A DNA stretch of 64,000 bases, from positions 1 through 64,000 of the IMG/VR virus record IMGVR_UViG_3300047160_010363. One strand, given 5' to 3'. This document shows positions 62,446-64,000 of this stretch, piece after piece. The notes beneath the pieces were generated by a model that saw only the letters and a list, made by a program, of their open reading frames with translations, searched no databases and was not told where the DNA came from. Made by a program: the position numbers and the translations under genes. How positions within the stretch are numbered: position 1 is the first letter of the stretch; each line of letters opens with the position of its first letter. This DNA comes from a virus.

Positions 62446-63045
62446 ATGATCGAGGGAATAATAGACCTCAGCCACTGGCAGAGTTCCGTTAATTTGCAAG
62501 CTTATGTGAAGTCTGGTGGTTTGGCAGTGTTTCTAAAGGCGACGCAAGGATCAACGTGGGTTGATCCGACGTTTACAGCTCGTGTTCTGGCTGCAACGCA
62601 GGCCGGACTTTTGGTCGGGGCGTACCATTTCTGTGATGCAACATCTCCTGCTGCACAAGTTACACATTTTATGGCGGTTGCAGGGAAGGTCACAAAAGTT
62701 TTAGCGATTGACGTTGAGAATAACGGCATGGGTGAAACTGTTTCTATAGCGCAGGCTGCTGAAATCGCAGTGCTGCTACAATCTGCCACTGGTCGCTTGC
62801 CTCTGGTTTACATAAGTCGTTATGGTCCCACCGGTAACGGGGCAGGATTACCAAACAGTGTGCTAATGCGATGCCCATTGTGGCTTCCAAAGTATGGAAC
62901 CGATCCCATCTGCCCACCTGGGTGGATGGACTGGACTTTTTGGCAGTATACCGACGAAGGTTCTGCTGACGGAGTGGAGTCACCCTGCGATATGAATCGC
63001 TTCAATGGCACAGTGCTCGGTCTTAACTTGTGGTGGAATGCATGA
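62446..63045 (+). CDS. GH25 muramidase endolysin
   Basis: IDLSHWQ, KATQG, GAYHF, DVE, WQYT, CDMN. Confidence 0.92.
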   Translation: MIEGIIDLSHWQSSVNLQAYVKSGGLAVFLKATQGSTWVDPTFTARVLAATQAGLLVGAYHFCDATSPAAQVTHFMAVAGKVTKVLAIDVENNGMGETVSIAQAAEIAVLLQSATGRLPLVYISRYGPTGNGAGLPNSVLMRCPLWLPKYGTDPICPPGWMDWTFWQYTDEGSADGVESPCDMNRFNGTVLGLNLWWNA

Positions 63046-63227
63046 ATAAGTGGGTTTCAGTTGGAATTTCAGCGCTCAGTGATTTCGTAATCACTGCCGG
63101 TGGCGCGTTCATGGCAATTGGAGGCAATACGTGGCCGACGTCATATCAACTTGCCATCTGTGGGGTGGCTGGGTTGTTACAGGCTGCGCGTGGAGTGCAG
63201 AAAATTCTATCGGTTCCGCCCCAATGA
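63042..63227 (+). CDS. Putative holin (2 TM)
   Basis: ATGA overlap with endolysin; two hydrophobic segments. Confidence 0.6.
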   Translation: MNKWVSVGISALSDFVITAGGAFMAIGGNTWPTSYQLAICGVAGLLQAARGVQKILSVPPQ

Positions 63228-63410
63228 AGGGTCTGGTCGTCCGTAGATAGCTTCATTTGCAGCTCTCATAGCTTCAGCAAAGGGTAAACCCTGGCCGCGC
63301 GCGTCAGCGGCCAGAATGGCTCGCAGGATCTTTTCAAGCTGATCACAGCGCTGTTCCAGATCGTGTTGCGCGTCCGGATCAATGCCACATTTAGTACAGT
63401 ATGGTCGCAT
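63207..63410 (-). CDS. Hypothetical protein (CxxC + helix)
   Basis: GAGGAG SD. Confidence 0.6.
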   Translation of the reverse strand: MRPYCTKCGIDPDAQHDLEQRCDQLEKILRAILAADARGQGLPFAEAMRAANEAIYGRPDPSLGRNR

Positions 63411-63425
63411 ATTATGACTCCTCTA

Positions 63426-63656
63426 CTAGCGCGGCCGCACAATATGCCTCCGCTCGTATTTCACGCGTACTCCCCGGAAATACTCCGGTAGGCGATTTTG
63501 CGGGATACGGAGGCCGGGAGCGAGTCTAACGATTAGGTGAGGACGGGTTTCTCCTCGAACTAGCACGTTCACAGCTCCTGGGGGCGCTCCGATATATTCC
63601 AACAAGGCCCGAGCGATTGTGCGTGCATCGTCCGAAACCATGCCCGCATTCATCAT
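63426..63656 (-). CDS. Hypothetical protein
   Basis: Operon tiling. Confidence 0.55.
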   Translation of the reverse strand: MMNAGMVSDDARTIARALLEYIGAPPGAVNVLVRGETRPHLIVRLAPGLRIPQNRLPEYFRGVRVKYERRHIVRPR

Positions 63657-63974
63657 TCAGTCTTTCTCATACCATCCCACGTGACGTCCCTCGTCACGCA
63701 TCTTCGCGTGTTTGGCGCATAGGTTGTTGGTTTTAACCGTTCGCTTACAGCGGTCACGCTTCAATTCGCGTTCAAAACCTCCACGACCTCGACCGGTGTA
63801 TCGCAACTCTGAATCGCGACGCCACACTATGGCGTTGCACTGCAGTTTAACAATCATCGTATTCCTCCTGACTTGCTGGACCGCAGTAGCACGTAGACCA
63901 GAGCTTCCGTGGGCATTATAATCCCTCTCAAGTGCGGTCAGCTCCTCCTCACTCATCTCGTTATCTTTTAGCAC
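63657..63974 (-). CDS. Hypothetical Cys/His protein; real start may be internal
   Basis: QCNA...RCKR...LCAKH; internal AGGAGG SD before MIVK. Confidence 0.5.
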   Translation of the reverse strand: MLKDNEMSEEELTALERDYNAHGSSGLRATAVQQVRRNTMIVKLQCNAIVWRRDSELRYTGRGRGGFERELKRDRCKRTVKTNNLCAKHAKMRDEGRHVGWYEKD

Positions 63975-64000
63975 TGCTGCTCGATCGGCGCGGGCAGCTA

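Overview
The whole window is tailed-phage DNA: a myovirus with a Bcep781-like head and contractile-tail gene order, probably infecting a proteobacterium (host is inference). No integrase, tRNA, rRNA or CRISPR array was seen. 1-4005 and 63207-64000 hold small minus-strand early genes; those in 1-4005 are driven by a family of sigma70-like promoters and share an extended ribosome-binding leader. 4084-7312 encodes an HTH protein, a primase-helicase, a probable origin and a NusG-like antiterminator. 7612-63227 is the late region: terminase, portal, MuF, head protease/scaffold, capsid, neck, sheath, tube, tape measure, baseplate, fibres and lysis genes. The most unusual items are four. (1) A cassette combines a methyltransferase-TPR-glycosyltransferase fusion, a protein with about 17 tandem 33-aa YGYE repeats, small beta-rich subunits and an adaptor; the genome also has three Gly-X-Thr collagens, suggesting a glycosylated virion filament system. 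(2) A head-linked Zn-ART-Nudix-ART polyprotein has R-x-D at every domain junction. (3) Several fibre-tip-like, Cys-rich proteins carry signal peptides. (4) An apparently dead relic of a second terminase nuclease domain sits beside the portal. All protein assignments come from motif recognition and gene order; no searches were run.
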